Made by a program: the position numbers and the translations under genes. From NCBI GenBank assembly GCA_017745295.1, contig JAGHZR010000004.1, positions 63,938-127,937 on the forward strand: a stretch of DNA of 64,000 bases, in the 5' to 3' direction. Below, one piece after another: positions 9,606 through 20,650 of the stretch (positions within the stretch are counted from its first letter, which is position 1; every line of letters starts with the position of its first letter). The notes under the pieces were generated by a model, which was not told the origin of the DNA, searched no databases, and worked only from the letters and a program-made list of their open reading frames with translations. This DNA is from Novosphingobium sp. Its GTDB lineage: Bacteria; Pseudomonadota; Alphaproteobacteria; Sphingomonadales; Sphingomonadaceae.

Positions 9606-11909
9606 TCACCATGCCCCGATGTTCTTGAGCGCGAAGCCCAGCTGGAACGAGTTGCCCTTGCGGGCATCGCCGAAGGTCACATAGTCGCGCCGCCAGGTGA
9701 AGGAGACCTGGAGGCAATCGTCCTCGTAGGCCATGCCGACGCGCGAGCGCAGGGGCTGGAAGCCGTCCGAGCCATAAGTCGGGTCTTCCTTGCGATCGGT
9801 CAGATTGACGACGGCGGAGCCGAACAGCGACCAGTAGTTGGCGAAGGCGACGCGGCCGGCGGCGCGCACTTCCTCTCGGTCCTTCAAGTCCTCGATATCC
9901 ATCGAGATGTCGCGGTTGAGCTTGGTATAGCCGAGTTCGAGATAGGTCTGGTTGTTGCCCAGCGAAATGTCGAACTCGTTGCGGCGCACCGCCAGCGTGT
10001 CCTTGTCGACGCGGAAGCGGTGGATGATGTTGAAGAAGTTGCGATAGCGCAGCTCGGTGCGGCCGACGATGTCCGAGGTCTTGCTGGCAAGGCCGGTGCC
10101 GTCGGGCAGGATCGAGGGCTTGTTGCTGAGGCGGATCGACTGGCCGACCGTGGACTTGATGCGCCAGCGCGGACGCTCGAACATCCAGTCGACGCCGTAA
10201 GTGAAGCGCACGCCGTCCTCGAACCGGTCGTAGCCGGGGAAGCGGTTGAGCGCGAAGAGGTTGGAGTCCTCAAGTTCGATCGCGCGCGAATCCTCGTTGG
10301 GGATCGCCAGATTCTTGACCTTCGGCGTGGCGACGAACTGGACGCGCGGGGTTAGCACCTGGCTGCCGCCGAACACCTGGCCGACCAGCGGCCACTTCAC
10401 GTCCACCGCGGCGAGCGCGATGCCGCGCGACTGCCAGCCCGGCTTCCCGCGATAGAGCGCGGTAGTGGTCAGGTCGTTCTCGTCGGAATGGTAGACGTCA
10501 CCGCGCACGAGGCCGGTCAAGGTCACTTCCTGGCCCATGCCGGTCAGCTTGCGCAGCGACCACTGGGTGCTGGCGAAGGCGCGCTGTGTGTCCTGCCCGT
10601 CCACGCGGGTGACCCCCATCGTGTTGACCTGGGTGTCGATCTTGCCGCCCAGCAGCGATTCGTTGAAGCGGTGACGATAGTCCAGCACCGGGAAGGCGAC
10701 CGGGATCTGGCCCTGGTCGCGGCTCGATTGCAGGGTCTGGGTGGCATAGCCCGCAAACGAGAAGTAGCTGTCCTGGTCGATCCGCTCGACTTCGACCGAC
10801 GAACGCAGCCGGTCGTCGCGCGAGATGTCGTAGCGGCGCACGAACGTGCGGTCGGTGGCGCGGCGGATCGAGGCGGTGATGCTCCAGTTCTCGTCGAGCT
10901 GGAACTTGCCGTTGGCGAAGATATAGCCGCGGAAGGCGCGTTGGCGGTTCGGGTCCGGATTGCTGCTGTTGATCGGGATGCGGTTGCTCGACGTGGCGTA
11001 GCCGGTGATCTGGTAGGCGCCGATATCGGTCAGCGCGCGGTACTGGAACGAGGCCATCGGCGCCGCCTTGGTATAGGCGTGGAGCGAGCCGGTGAGATCG
11101 CGGTTGTCGGCAATGCGCCAGTAGTAGGACTGCGCCACCTCGATCCCGTTCGACGGGCTGGTGCGCAAGTCGGGCACCAGGAAGCCGGAGACCGCGCCGC
11201 CGTTGGTGCTCACCGAAAGGCCGAACAGCGGCAACTGGACGACGCCGAACAGTTCGAGCCGGGCGTCGCTGAAGCGCACGCGATTGCGCTCCTCGCTATA
11301 GACCACCGTCTTGGCGACGACCCGCCAGGTCGGCTTCTTGGGGCAGCCTTCGTCGTTTTCCACCGCGCAGCCGGTATAGGCGGCGCGCTGGAGCACGACG
11401 TCGCCATTGGCGATTCGCTCCCCCTTGGTGGCGGCAAGGCGACCGCCCTGGCGCATGACGAGGAGCAGGTTCTCCATCATACCGGTCTTCAGCTCGTCGG
11501 TCAGCTCGACGTTTTCGGTATAGAGCTGGTTGCCGTCCTGATCGACCATGCGAACATTGCCGCTGCCCAGGATCTGCCCGGTCTTGCGGTTCCACGTCAC
11601 CTTGTCGGCGCGGACGGACTGCTTGTCCTTGCGCAGCACGACATTGCCGGTGGCGGTCACGAATTCGTCGTTCTGGTCGTATTCGACGGTGTCCGCCTCG
11701 AAAGCGATCGGCACGTTGTCTTCGGTGGAAGGGGGCGGAGCAGGGGGCGCACCCTCGATCGGGCCGGTATCGACAGGACGCGAGACGTCCTGCGCAAAGG
11801 CATGCGAAGGCAGGCCGAATGCGGCGATTCCAAGGGCCAGCACGCTCAGCGAAACGGGTCGCAAGCGGCGAAGGGGGGCTTGCAGCAGGGTCGGCGCGGC
11901 AGGGAGCAT
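9606..11909 (-). CDS. lptD: LPS-assembly protein LptD
   Basis: OstA-like N-domain (FEADTVEYD, ATGNVV), YTGC, PNEDS...NLFALNRFPGYDRFEDG, beta-barrel C-terminus; start approximate. Confidence 0.93.
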   Translation of the reverse strand: MLPAAPTLLQAPLRRLRPVSLSVLALGIAAFGLPSHAFAQDVSRPVDTGPIEGAPPAPPPSTEDNVPIAFEADTVEYDQNDEFVTATGNVVLRKDKQSVRADKVTWNRKTGQILGSGNVRMVDQDGNQLYTENVELTDELKTGMMENLLLVMRQGGRLAATKGERIANGDVVLQRAAYTGCAVENDEGCPKKPTWRVVAKTVVYSEERNRVRFSDARLELFGVVQLPLFGLSVSTNGGAVSGFLVPDLRTSPSNGIEVAQSYYWRIADNRDLTGSLHAYTKAAPMASFQYRALTDIGAYQITGYATSSNRIPINSSNPDPNRQRAFRGYIFANGKFQLDENWSITASIRRATDRTFVRRYDISRDDRLRSSVEVERIDQDSYFSFAGYATQTLQSSRDQGQIPVAFPVLDYRHRFNESLLGGKIDTQVNTMGVTRVDGQDTQRAFASTQWSLRKLTGMGQEVTLTGLVRGDVYHSDENDLTTTALYRGKPGWQSRGIALAAVDVKWPLVGQVFGGSQVLTPRVQFVATPKVKNLAIPNEDSRAIELEDSNLFALNRFPGYDRFEDGVRFTYGVDWMFERPRWRIKSTVGQSIRLSNKPSILPDGTGLASKTSDIVGRTELRYRNFFNIIHRFRVDKDTLAVRRNEFDISLGNNQTYLELGYTKLNRDISMDIEDLKDREEVRAAGRVAFANYWSLFGSAVVNLTDRKEDPTYGSDGFQPLRSRVGMAYEDDCLQVSFTWRRDYVTFGDARKGNSFQLGFALKNIGAW

Positions 11910-12003
11910 CCCTTGCCTATCGCACCGCCTGTGCCTAACTGCAATCCGCTGTTGCGGCGAAGCGCACAACATCGACGCTCGCCCCCGTGATTCAGGAGAT
12001 CCC

Positions 12004-13467
12004 ATGAATATCCAGTTCCTTGACGCTGCTGCCGCCGCCCCGGCGCGTCTCGTCGCCCGCTTCGTGAATCAGGATTCGATTCCCGCCGATATCGAGCAGG
12101 TCCTTGTCGAAGGCGCCAAGGCCTCGCGCTTCACCGGCAAGGCCGGGCAGGTCTTCGAGGGCTTCGTCGAGCGTGACGGCAAGGCCGTGCGCGTGGCGCT
12201 GGCGGGGATCGGCGCTGCTGACGCCAAGGACCGCAAGGGCGCCGTCGAGCGCGCGGGTGCGGCCGTCGTCGCCAAGTACCTGACCTCGGGCGAGACCGCC
12301 GTGACGCTGGACCTGACCGGCGCCGGTCTCACCGCCGACGAAGCGGCGGGCGCCCTGCTCGGCGCGGTGCTGCGCGCCTGGCGCCTCGATACCTATCGCA
12401 CCAAGCTGGCCGAAGACGCCAAGCCGACCCTCGTGGACATCGCCGTGGTCGGTGCGCCGGAAGGCACCGAGGCGGTCTGGGCGGTAGAGCAGGCGATCGT
12501 CGCGGGCGTGTCGTTCACCCGCGAACTCGTGACCGAACCGGCCAACGTGATCTATCCCGAATCCTTCGTCGCCCGCGTCGAGGCGAAAGTGGCTGGCAGC
12601 GGCCTCAAGGTTCGCGTGCTGGACGACAAGGAAATGGCCGCACTCGGCATGGGTTCGCTGCTCGGCGTGGCACAGGGCTCGGTTCGCCCGGCGCGCTTGC
12701 TGGTCATGGAATGGCTCGGCGGCACGGCGGGTGAGGCTCCGGTCGCCTTCGTCGGCAAGGGCGTGACCTTCGACACCGGCGGCATCTCGATCAAGCCGGC
12801 TGCCGGCATGGAAGACATGAAGTGGGACATGGGCGGCGCCGGTGCCGTCGCGGGCACGATGCTCGCGCTCGCGCTGCGCAAGGCCAAGGCCAATGTGATC
12901 GGCGTCTGCGGTCTTGTGGAAAACATGCCCGACGGCAATGCCCAGCGTCCGGGCGACGTCGTCACCTCGATGTCGGGCCAGACCATCGAAGTCATCAACA
13001 CCGATGCGGAGGGCCGTCTGGTGCTCTGCGACGCGCTGACCTGGGTGCAGCGTGAGTACAAGCCCGCCAAGGTCGTCGATCTCGCCACCCTGACCGGTGC
13101 GATCATCCTCAGCCTCGCGCATGAATATGCGGGCCTGTTCTCGAACAACGACGATCTCGCCGCGCAGCTCGCCGCTGCTGGCGACGCTTCGGGCGACCGT
13201 CTGTGGCGCATGCCGATGGGGCCGAACTACGACAAGATGATCGACAGCCCGATCGCCGACATCAAGAACGTCGGCCCGCGCTTCGGCGGCTCGATCACGG
13301 CGGCGCAGTTCCTGCTGCGCTTCATCGAGAACGACACCCCTTGGGCGCACCTCGACATTGCCGGCACGGTCTGGACCGACAAGCCGGGCGCGACCTGGGA
13401 CAAGGGCGCTTCGGGCTTCGGCGTGCGCCTGCTTGACCGCTTCGTGCGCGACACGCTCGAAGCCTAA
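12004..13467 (+). CDS. pepA: Leucyl aminopeptidase (M17)
   Basis: VGKGVTFDTGG, MKWDMGGA, NTDAEGRLVL. Confidence 0.96.
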   Translation: MNIQFLDAAAAAPARLVARFVNQDSIPADIEQVLVEGAKASRFTGKAGQVFEGFVERDGKAVRVALAGIGAADAKDRKGAVERAGAAVVAKYLTSGETAVTLDLTGAGLTADEAAGALLGAVLRAWRLDTYRTKLAEDAKPTLVDIAVVGAPEGTEAVWAVEQAIVAGVSFTRELVTEPANVIYPESFVARVEAKVAGSGLKVRVLDDKEMAALGMGSLLGVAQGSVRPARLLVMEWLGGTAGEAPVAFVGKGVTFDTGGISIKPAAGMEDMKWDMGGAGAVAGTMLALALRKAKANVIGVCGLVENMPDGNAQRPGDVVTSMSGQTIEVINTDAEGRLVLCDALTWVQREYKPAKVVDLATLTGAIILSLAHEYAGLFSNNDDLAAQLAAAGDASGDRLWRMPMGPNYDKMIDSPIADIKNVGPRFGGSITAAQFLLRFIENDTPWAHLDIAGTVWTDKPGATWDKGASGFGVRLLDRFVRDTLEA

Positions 13468-13489
13468 GTAAAAGGGGCAGGGCCGCGAC

Positions 13490-13927
13490 ATGCGCGTCGA
13501 TTTCTATCAGCTCAGTCGTGACCCTGCCGAAAGCGCTTTGGTGCTGATCGCCGGAAAGGTCGCGGGGAATGGCGGGCGCCTGCTCGTCGTCTCCGCCGAT
13601 CTCGGCCAGCGCCAGCGCATCTGTCAGGCGCTCTGGTCCGTGGGACCGGAGAGCTTCCTTGCCAACGGCTTTGCGGGCGAGGGCAACGAGGATCGCCAGC
13701 CGATCCTGTTGTCCGACACGCCCGAACCCGCCAACGGCGCGAAATTCATGGCGATTGCCGACGGCCAGTGGCGCGAGGGCGAAGTGCCGTTCGAGCGCAC
13801 GTTTTTCCTGTTCGACGAAAGCACGCTCCAGCACGCCCGCGACACCTGGCGCATGCTGCGCGACCGTGAAGGCGTGAAGCATTACTACTGGAAACAGGAA
13901 GGCGGCCGCTGGGTCCAGGCTGCCTAG
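13490..13927 (+). CDS. holC: DNA polymerase III chi subunit
   Basis: [31 protein letters not shown]; follows pepA. Confidence 0.9.
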   Translation: MRVDFYQLSRDPAESALVLIAGKVAGNGGRLLVVSADLGQRQRICQALWSVGPESFLANGFAGEGNEDRQPILLSDTPEPANGAKFMAIADGQWREGEVPFERTFFLFDESTLQHARDTWRMLRDREGVKHYYWKQEGGRWVQAA

Positions 13928-14042
13928 CACCCTGGGGCAGCACCCGGACTACCTGAAGTTCATCCGCGCCCGCCTTGCGATCCGGCGCGTTCCCCGCTAC
14001 TGGCGCGCGCAAGATTCCAACCCTTTTTCTAAGGAACCTACC

Positions 14043-14465
14043 ATGGCGGTTACCCGCACCTTCTCGATCATCAAGCCCGACGCGACCCGCCGCAACCTGA
14101 CCGGCGGCGTCACCAAGCTGCTCGAGGAAGCCGGCCTGCGTGTCGTCGCTTCGAAGCGCATCCAGCTCTCGCAGGAGCAGGCCGAGGGCTTCTACGCCGT
14201 CCACAAGGAACGCCCCTTCTTCAACGACCTCGTGTCGTTCATGATCTCCGGTCCGGTGGTCGTGCAGGTTCTCGAAGGCGAAGACGCCGTGAAGACCAAC
14301 CGCGACGTGATGGGCGCCACCAACCCGGCCGACGCCGCCGAAGGCACCATCCGCAAGACCTTCGCCGAATCGATCGAAGCCAACTCGGTCCACGGTTCGG
14401 ACTCGGAAGAGAACGCGGCGATCGAAATCGCCTACTTCTTCAAGCCGGAAGAAATCGTCGGCTGA
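14043..14465 (+). CDS. ndk: Nucleoside diphosphate kinase
   Basis: [17 protein letters not shown]. Confidence 0.98.
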   Translation: MAVTRTFSIIKPDATRRNLTGGVTKLLEEAGLRVVASKRIQLSQEQAEGFYAVHKERPFFNDLVSFMISGPVVVQVLEGEDAVKTNRDVMGATNPADAAEGTIRKTFAESIEANSVHGSDSEENAAIEIAYFFKPEEIVG

Positions 14466-14487
14466 AGCAAGCGCTTCAATCGATAAC

Positions 14488-14524
14488 AAAAAGGCCGTCC
14501 GCTTGGGCGGCCTTTTTTGTTTTT
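14488..14524 (+). terminator. Intrinsic terminator after ndk
   Basis: AAAAAGGCCGTCC-gctt-GGGCGGCCTTTTTT. Confidence 0.85.
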
Positions 14525-14573
14525 GGGACGGGGCGGTTTTGCGATAGGTTTTCCGAAAAGTCGGAGAGCGAAA

Positions 14574-14819
14574 ATGCAGGGCATGGGCACTTCGGACGAA
14601 GCCTGTCCGTTCGAGTTCAATTTCGACGCGACGCGCTTCAAGGTCGGCGACACCGTCAGTTACCGCGTGAACGGAAGTCTCGAAGGCTTTCCCTTCGTCG
14701 GCAGGCTGGTCGAGGTGCATGACGACCATGTGGTTATCGCCGGAGACCCGGCGGAGCCGGACAAGCGCTATCGCGGCACCCGCGAAAGCCGTCCACAAGT
14801 CGACTATTCGGAGATCTGA
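14574..14819 (+). CDS. Small hypothetical protein (possible SH3/KOW-like beta fold)
   Basis: FKVGDTVSYRV...FVGRLVEVHDDHVVI pattern; GGAGAG RBS. Confidence 0.65.
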   Translation: MQGMGTSDEACPFEFNFDATRFKVGDTVSYRVNGSLEGFPFVGRLVEVHDDHVVIAGDPAEPDKRYRGTRESRPQVDYSEI

Positions 14820-14894
14820 CGATTGATCCCGCGCAAGGCAGGCACCGAAACGGCAGAATAACCTGCGATGCGTCCAGAGCGAAGAGGAGAGCCG

Positions 14895-15149
14895 ATGTCC
14901 CACAAAGCCCACGAACTCGCCGCGGAGTTTCCGGAGGATCTGGAAGTCCTGCATCACCTCAAGGCCACGCGCGGCCATTTCGCGGTGCTGGCCGACCGCT
15001 ACGACGAGGTGAACGGGGCGATCCACCGGATCGAGGCGGGGCTGGACGCGGCCTCGGATGCCCGGCTGGAGGACCTCAAGAAGGAACGGCTCTGCCTGCT
15101 CGACCAGCTTGGCCGGATGATCCGCGATGCCGGGGCCGTCGGCGCCTGA
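14895..15149 (+). CDS. YdcH / DUF465 family protein
   Basis: HELAAEFPED...HFAVLADRYDEVNGAIHRIE...LKKERLCLLDQL; AGGAG RBS. Confidence 0.85.
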   Translation: MSHKAHELAAEFPEDLEVLHHLKATRGHFAVLADRYDEVNGAIHRIEAGLDAASDARLEDLKKERLCLLDQLGRMIRDAGAVGA

Positions 15150-15175
15150 TCGGGCGGTCACGAATACCGCCGGTT

Positions 15176-16141
15176 TTAGAACTGGTCGGCGGCATCCATC
15201 AGTGAGGTCAGCTTCTTCGGCGCGATCGCGCGCCAGGAGCGGGACAGCCATTCGCCGATCGCATCCCAGTCGTTTTCACCAAGGTCCAGGCGGATGCCGA
15301 TCCAGCCGTCGCCGAAATAGGCGGGGCGGAAGTAGCGGTCCTCGTCCTGTTCGATCAGCATGGCCTGCTCGTCGGCGCCGCTGATCTTCACGAGCAGGCC
15401 GGTGCGCCCGTCGGCATGGTGGTTCGAGGTGAAATAGGCGAACTTCTTGCCCTTGATCACGCCGAAGCAGGGCATGCCGTGACTTTCCACTTCGTCCGCC
15501 TCGGGCAGCGCCATGGCGCGTTCGCGCACCCGTTCGAGCAGCCATTCCGGACTCGATTCGCGCACGACGAGCGCGGCAAGACAGCGGGAATAGAGCTGGT
15601 GCTCGGCGATCAGCACGCGCGCCGCCAGCGTGTCGGCGGTATCGCCAGGCACGATGGCGACCGGAACCTGGCCCAGGATCGGGCCTTCGTCGAGTTCGGG
15701 AATGACGAGGTGGACGCTGACGCCGCCGTGACTGTCGCCCGCGTCGATGGCGCGCTGGTGGGTATGCAGCCCGGTGTACTTCGGCAGGAGCGAGGGGTGG
15801 ATGTTGACCATCCGGCCTTCCCAGCCCCGCACGAAGCCCTCGGTAAGAATGCGCATGTAGCCCGCGAGCGCGACCCACTGCGCGCCGGATTCGCGGATCG
15901 CCGCATCCATCGCCGCATCGTGGTCTTCGCGGGAGAGGCCCTTGTGGCTCAGCGCGAAGGTCGCCACGCCTTCGGCGGCGGCAAGGGCGAGGCCGCTTGC
16001 ATCCGGCTTGTTGCTGGCAACGAGGACGATCTCATAGGGACAGTCCTCGTCCCGGCTGGCATAGAGCAGGGCGGCCATGTTGGTGCCGCTGCCCGAGATC
16101 AGGACGGCGACTTTGGCCTTCCCGGAAGCCCTGTCAGGCAA
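15176..16141 (-). CDS. purN: Phosphoribosylglycinamide formyltransferase with fused C-terminal MmcQ/YjbR-like domain
   Basis: [34 protein letters not shown]; about 120 extra C-terminal residues (SHGMPCF...KKFA...[15 protein letters not shown]...[10 protein letters not shown]). Confidence 0.92.
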   Translation of the reverse strand: MPDRASGKAKVAVLISGSGTNMAALLYASRDEDCPYEIVLVASNKPDASGLALAAAEGVATFALSHKGLSREDHDAAMDAAIRESGAQWVALAGYMRILTEGFVRGWEGRMVNIHPSLLPKYTGLHTHQRAIDAGDSHGGVSVHLVIPELDEGPILGQVPVAIVPGDTADTLAARVLIAEHQLYSRCLAALVVRESSPEWLLERVRERAMALPEADEVESHGMPCFGVIKGKKFAYFTSNHHADGRTGLLVKISGADEQAMLIEQDEDRYFRPAYFGDGWIGIRLDLGENDWDAIGEWLSRSWRAIAPKKLTSLMDAADQF

Positions 16142-17237
16142 GATGCACCGCTTCCCAGTCCTCGCGGGCGGACCAGACTTCGGCGCCGCCCTGCACGGTG
16201 CAGCCCTTGTCGCCTTCCTCGACGATGCCGATTACGAAGACGGTCTCTCCGGCGGCTTCCAGTTCGGCCTTGAGCGCGGCGACGTCATCGGCCGGAACCG
16301 CGAGCACCATGCCAATGCCGCAGTTGAAGGTGCGGGCCATCTCTGCCGGTTCGATGTTGCCCTGGGCCTGGAGGAAGGCCATCAGGCGCGGCTGCTCCCA
16401 AGCACCGGCATCGATGCGGGCATGGAGACCCTTGGGCAGGACGCGCGGGATGTTTTCCAGCAGACCGCCGCCGGTAATGTGGGCGAGGGCGTTGATCCGG
16501 CCCGAGCGGATGAACGGCAGTAGGCTCTTCACATAGATGCGCGTGGGCGCGATCAGCGCGTCGACCAGCAGGGTGTCCGAATCGAACAGGGCCGGACGGT
16601 CGAGCTTCCAGCCCTTGTCCGCGGCGAGGCGGCGGACCAGCGAGTAGCCGTTCGAGTGCACGCCCGAGGAGGCAAGGCCCAGCAGCACGTCGCCGTCGGC
16701 AACCTTGTCGCCGGTGAGCTGCTCGCCGCGCTCCACGGCACCGACGCAGAAGCCTGCGAGGTCGTAGTCGCCAGCGGCATACATGCCCGGCATTTCGGCG
16801 GTTTCGCCGCCGATCAGGGCGCAGCCGGAGATCCGGCAACCTTCGGCGATCCCGGCGACGACACGCTCGGCGACGCCGTTCTCAAGCTTTCCGGTGGCGA
16901 AGTAGTCGAGGAAGAACAGGGGTTCCGCGCCCTGGACGATAAGGTCGTTCACGCACATGGCGACGAGGTCGATGCCGATCTTGTCGTGGCGGTCATGGTC
17001 GATGGCCAGCTTGACCTTGGTGCCGACGCCGTCGTTGGCGGCCACCAGCAGCGGGTCCTTGTAACCCGCGGCGCGCGGATCGAAGAAGCCGCCGAAGCCG
17101 CCAAGCTCCGCATCGGCGCCGGGGCGCGCGGTCGATTTGGCGAGCGGGGCGATGGCCTTCACCAGCGCGTTGCCGGCGGCGATGGAGACGCCGGCCTGCT
17201 CGTAGGAATAGCTCTGCGGGGTGTTATCGTCGGACAT
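16134..17237 (-). CDS. purM: Phosphoribosylformylglycinamidine cyclo-ligase (AIR synthetase)
   Basis: [43 protein letters not shown]. Confidence 0.97.
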   Translation of the reverse strand: MSDDNTPQSYSYEQAGVSIAAGNALVKAIAPLAKSTARPGADAELGGFGGFFDPRAAGYKDPLLVAANDGVGTKVKLAIDHDRHDKIGIDLVAMCVNDLIVQGAEPLFFLDYFATGKLENGVAERVVAGIAEGCRISGCALIGGETAEMPGMYAAGDYDLAGFCVGAVERGEQLTGDKVADGDVLLGLASSGVHSNGYSLVRRLAADKGWKLDRPALFDSDTLLVDALIAPTRIYVKSLLPFIRSGRINALAHITGGGLLENIPRVLPKGLHARIDAGAWEQPRLMAFLQAQGNIEPAEMARTFNCGIGMVLAVPADDVAALKAELEAAGETVFVIGIVEEGDKGCTVQGGAEVWSAREDWEAVHLA

Positions 17238-17452
17238 TGCGCGCGCATAGTGTGCAAACGCGCCGCTGTCACGCCCGAGCACGACTTTCGGCAGGGATAT
17301 TTCCGGCAATTCGGTCGGAAAAATTTCTCGCGGATCGCCGCGTTCAAGCTGTTCTGCCGATTTCGGCTGTGCGTTCTTTGTCGATGGAGCGCCGGGACTT
17401 GGATTACGGCTTGGTTTTCCGGATCGCTTTGGGCAAAAGGCGACACGGTTTG

Positions 17453-18742
17453 ATGATGGCTCTGACGTTTTCCCCCAAGATCCGGCGTGTGGCCGGCAGC
17501 GCTCCGGCTTCTGCGCGGCGCATGGCGCTCGTGGCCGGGGGCGCGGCGATTCTCGCGCTCGGCGCGGCGGGCGGCTATCGCCTCGTGGCGCAAGTGGAGG
17601 GCGATCGCGGCATCGCTCCTCTCGCCAATTCCGAGGATATCCAGGTCAACGGCATCAAGGTCGACGTGACCGCCAAGACCGGCGCCGATGCGCGTCTGGA
17701 AGGCTGGAAGCAGGCCGAGAAGGAAGCCTGGAAGAAGCTCGGCGGCCCCGACATGCCAGTCGAGGCGATCGACGCGATGGTGTCCTCGGTGGTGATCGGC
17801 CAGGAACAGGTCGGTCCGCGCCGATACATCGCCACGCTCGGCGTGATCTTCAACAAGGCCCGCGCCGGACAATATGTCGGTGCCGGCGGCGCAACGATCC
17901 GTTCGGCGCCGATGCTGGTGCTGCCGGTGCTCTATTCGGGCGGCGTGCAGCAGGTCTTCGAAGTGCGCGGTCCGTGGCAGCGCGCCTGGGCCGAGTTCCA
18001 GGCCTCGCAAAGCCCGATCGACTATGTGCGCCCGGTGGGCGCGGGCGGCGAATCGCTGATCCTCACGGCAGGGCAGGCCTCGCGCCGCAGCCGCCTGTGG
18101 TGGCGCAACGTGCTCAACCAGTTCGACGCCGCCGACGTGGTGATCCCCTATGCCCGCCTCGAACGGCAGTGGCCGGGCGGCCCGATCCACGGCACTTTCA
18201 CTGCGCGCTACGGCCCCGACAACACCTTCCTCGGCACGTTCGAGATGGACGCGGGCAGCGAGCAGGAACTGCCCGCCATGCTCGACAAGGCGGTCCAGCG
18301 CATGGACGGCCTCTACCGCGACGCGCTTTCCGGCGGCCAGTTGCGCCCCGATCCCACGCTGACGACCAGCGGCCAGGTGCTCGACAGCGCCTTTGCCGAA
18401 CTGCGCACCAAGCTCATGCCCAAGGGCGGTGCGCCGATCGAGGCGCTGCCGTCGCAGGTCACGATACCGACTTCCGCGCCTTCGCCGCTGGCGCCCAGCG
18501 GGCCGGTAGAGACGGTCTCCGTCCAGTTCGCCTCGCCCGATGCGGCGGCGGTCGATGCGGCGCTTGCCGCGGTGCGCGGCGTTCCCGGCGTGCGCGGCGC
18601 GGCGACCATGAGCCTTGCCGTCGGTGGGACTTCGGTGATGCGCGTGACCGTCGAGGGCGGCAGCGAACGGCTTGCCGCCGCCTTGCGCGGGCAGGGCTGG
18701 AAGGTGACGAGCGGCGGCGGCGCCCTGAGGATCACCCGCTAG
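17453..18742 (+). CDS. Conserved exported protein (DUF2066-like position between purM and hdaA)
   Basis: N-terminal TM/signal, host-like codon usage, conserved alphaproteobacterial position. Confidence 0.7.
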   Translation: MMALTFSPKIRRVAGSAPASARRMALVAGGAAILALGAAGGYRLVAQVEGDRGIAPLANSEDIQVNGIKVDVTAKTGADARLEGWKQAEKEAWKKLGGPDMPVEAIDAMVSSVVIGQEQVGPRRYIATLGVIFNKARAGQYVGAGGATIRSAPMLVLPVLYSGGVQQVFEVRGPWQRAWAEFQASQSPIDYVRPVGAGGESLILTAGQASRRSRLWWRNVLNQFDAADVVIPYARLERQWPGGPIHGTFTARYGPDNTFLGTFEMDAGSEQELPAMLDKAVQRMDGLYRDALSGGQLRPDPTLTTSGQVLDSAFAELRTKLMPKGGAPIEALPSQVTIPTSAPSPLAPSGPVETVSVQFASPDAAAVDAALAAVRGVPGVRGAATMSLAVGGTSVMRVTVEGGSERLAAALRGQGWKVTSGGGALRITR

Positions 18743-18750
18743 GTCCTCCC

Positions 18751-19428
18751 ATGATGAAGCAGATCGCACTCCCGCTGTCCGCCGCGAGCGACAGCCCGCC
18801 GCGCATTGTCGTCGGCAATGCCAATGCCCATGCGGTCGACGGGCTGCTGGAATCGGCGTCCTGGCCGTTCCACAGCGCGATCCTTTACGGGCCGCCGCGC
18901 TCGGGCAAGTCGCTGCTGGCGCGCTGGTTCGTCGAATCGGGCCATGGCGACGTGCTCGACGATGCCGACCGCATGGACGAGCACGCGGTGTTCCACAGCT
19001 GGAACCGCGCGCAGGAAAGCCGCCGCCCGCTGCTGATCCTCTCCAGCCGCCGCCGGACCGCGAGCGGCGAGGACGCCGAAGGCCTCTGGCAGATCAAGCT
19101 GCCGGACCTCGGCTCGCGCCTCGGCGCCGCGCTGGAACTGGAAATCGGCGACCCCGACGAGGAGATGCTGGGCGAACTGATCGACATTCATGCGCAAGTT
19201 CGCGGGCTTTCGCTCGATCCTTCGGCGCGCGACTATCTTGTACCGCGCTGCGAGCGTAGCCATCTCGGCGTCGAAAACCTGGTTGCCGCGATCGACCGGC
19301 TCAGCCTTGAGCGCAAGCAGCCGCCGACCCTGGCGATCTGGCGCGAGGCGCTGGTCGAGCTTTACGGTTCGGACGGGCTGGCCGGTCACGTGGATGGCGT
19401 TGCGGATGGCGATCAGGCCCCCTCTTGA
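18751..19428 (+). CDS. hdaA: HdaA/Hda-like DnaA regulatory inactivator
   Basis: N-terminal clamp-binding-like motif QIALPL, Walker A GPPRSGKS, LPDLGSRL, IDRLSL. Confidence 0.8.
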   Translation: MMKQIALPLSAASDSPPRIVVGNANAHAVDGLLESASWPFHSAILYGPPRSGKSLLARWFVESGHGDVLDDADRMDEHAVFHSWNRAQESRRPLLILSSRRRTASGEDAEGLWQIKLPDLGSRLGAALELEIGDPDEEMLGELIDIHAQVRGLSLDPSARDYLVPRCERSHLGVENLVAAIDRLSLERKQPPTLAIWREALVELYGSDGLAGHVDGVADGDQAPS

Positions 19429-19472
19429 CCTCATGGCTTGCCACGCGGGCCGATTGATGGGAGATTCGTGCG

Positions 19473-20174
19473 ATGTTGGCTAATCTGGTTCGCTATCTGG
19501 ATTCCGTCGTCGCGCGCGACCCCGCGCCGCGTTCGCGTTGGGAAGTCCTGCTCTATCCCGGCGTCTGGGCGCTGTTCTTCCACAAGATCGCGCACCGGCT
19601 GTTCCGCGCCGACCTGTTCTTCCTTGCCCGCGTGGTGAACCACGTCTCGCGGTTCCTGACCGCGATCGACATTCACCCCGGCGCCACGATCGGCCGCAAC
19701 TTCTTCATCGACCATGGCTTCACCGTGATCGGCGAGACCGCGCATATCGGCGACAATGTCACGATCTACCAGTGCGTCACGCTCGGCGGTTCGAACCCGA
19801 CCAACGGCAAGGGCGGCAAGCGCCACCCGACCCTGCTGGACAATGTGATCGTCGGTTCCGGCGCGCAGATCATCGGTCCGGTCACGGTGGGCAAGCGCTC
19901 CCGCGTCGGCGCCAGTGCGGTCGTGACCGAGGACGTGCCCGAAGGCGCGACGATGATCGGCGTCAAGGCCCGCTCCACTTTGGTCAAGGCGGAGACTTAC
20001 GCCAAGGAATTCATGCCTTACGGCACACCCTGCAAGGAGCCGTGCGAGCCGGTGGGAAGCCAGCGGGTGGACGAACTGGAAGAGCAGGTTGCAGCCCTGC
20101 GCGCCCAGGTCGATACGCTGATGCGCAAGCTGGAAGAAGAGAAGCGCGCCGAGCCGGTCGTGAAGGGCGTCTGA
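19473..20174 (+). CDS. cysE: Serine O-acetyltransferase
   Basis: RDPAPRS, IDIHPGATIG, VTLGG...KRHPTL. Confidence 0.93.
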   Translation: MLANLVRYLDSVVARDPAPRSRWEVLLYPGVWALFFHKIAHRLFRADLFFLARVVNHVSRFLTAIDIHPGATIGRNFFIDHGFTVIGETAHIGDNVTIYQCVTLGGSNPTNGKGGKRHPTLLDNVIVGSGAQIIGPVTVGKRSRVGASAVVTEDVPEGATMIGVKARSTLVKAETYAKEFMPYGTPCKEPCEPVGSQRVDELEEQVAALRAQVDTLMRKLEEEKRAEPVVKGV

Positions 20175-20181
20175 TCGGCGG

Positions 20182-20544
20182 ATGTCGACAGGTTCGAATC
20201 CTGTAGCCGGAACCATCGTCGCTTTCCCGGGGCGGGTGCCGCTTCAGGTCGGTTTCGACCGGCTCGAACTCCAGCGCATTCTCGACCTCTACGGACGCAT
20301 GGTCGCCGCCGGGATCTGGCGCGACTATGCGATGGATTTCGGTAAGGAAGCCGCCAACTTCTCCGCCTTCCGCCGCGCTGCGGAGCGGCCCCAGGCGCGC
20401 ATCGAGAAACGTCCTTCGCTACGCGGACGTCAGGGTATGTGGACCCTGTTCGGAGAAGTCGGGCAAGTGCTCAAGCGCGGCCACGAACTGGCGGGCGTGC
20501 TAAGCCCGCTGGAGCGCAAGCTGCTGAAAGTGGTCGAGGACTGA
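20182..20544 (+). CDS. DUF2794 family protein
   Basis: FDRLELQRILDLYGRMVAAGIWRDYAMD...LKRGHEL; usual neighbour of cysE. Confidence 0.88.
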   Translation: MSTGSNPVAGTIVAFPGRVPLQVGFDRLELQRILDLYGRMVAAGIWRDYAMDFGKEAANFSAFRRAAERPQARIEKRPSLRGRQGMWTLFGEVGQVLKRGHELAGVLSPLERKLLKVVED

Positions 20545-20650
20545 GAAGCCGTCAGATCGCTAGGCATGTGGCGTTGCGAGGACGACAGCAGATTGGTCGT
20601 TCGGATCACCTGACCGGGGCGAACGACAGGTTTGCCTGCCATAAATACGA

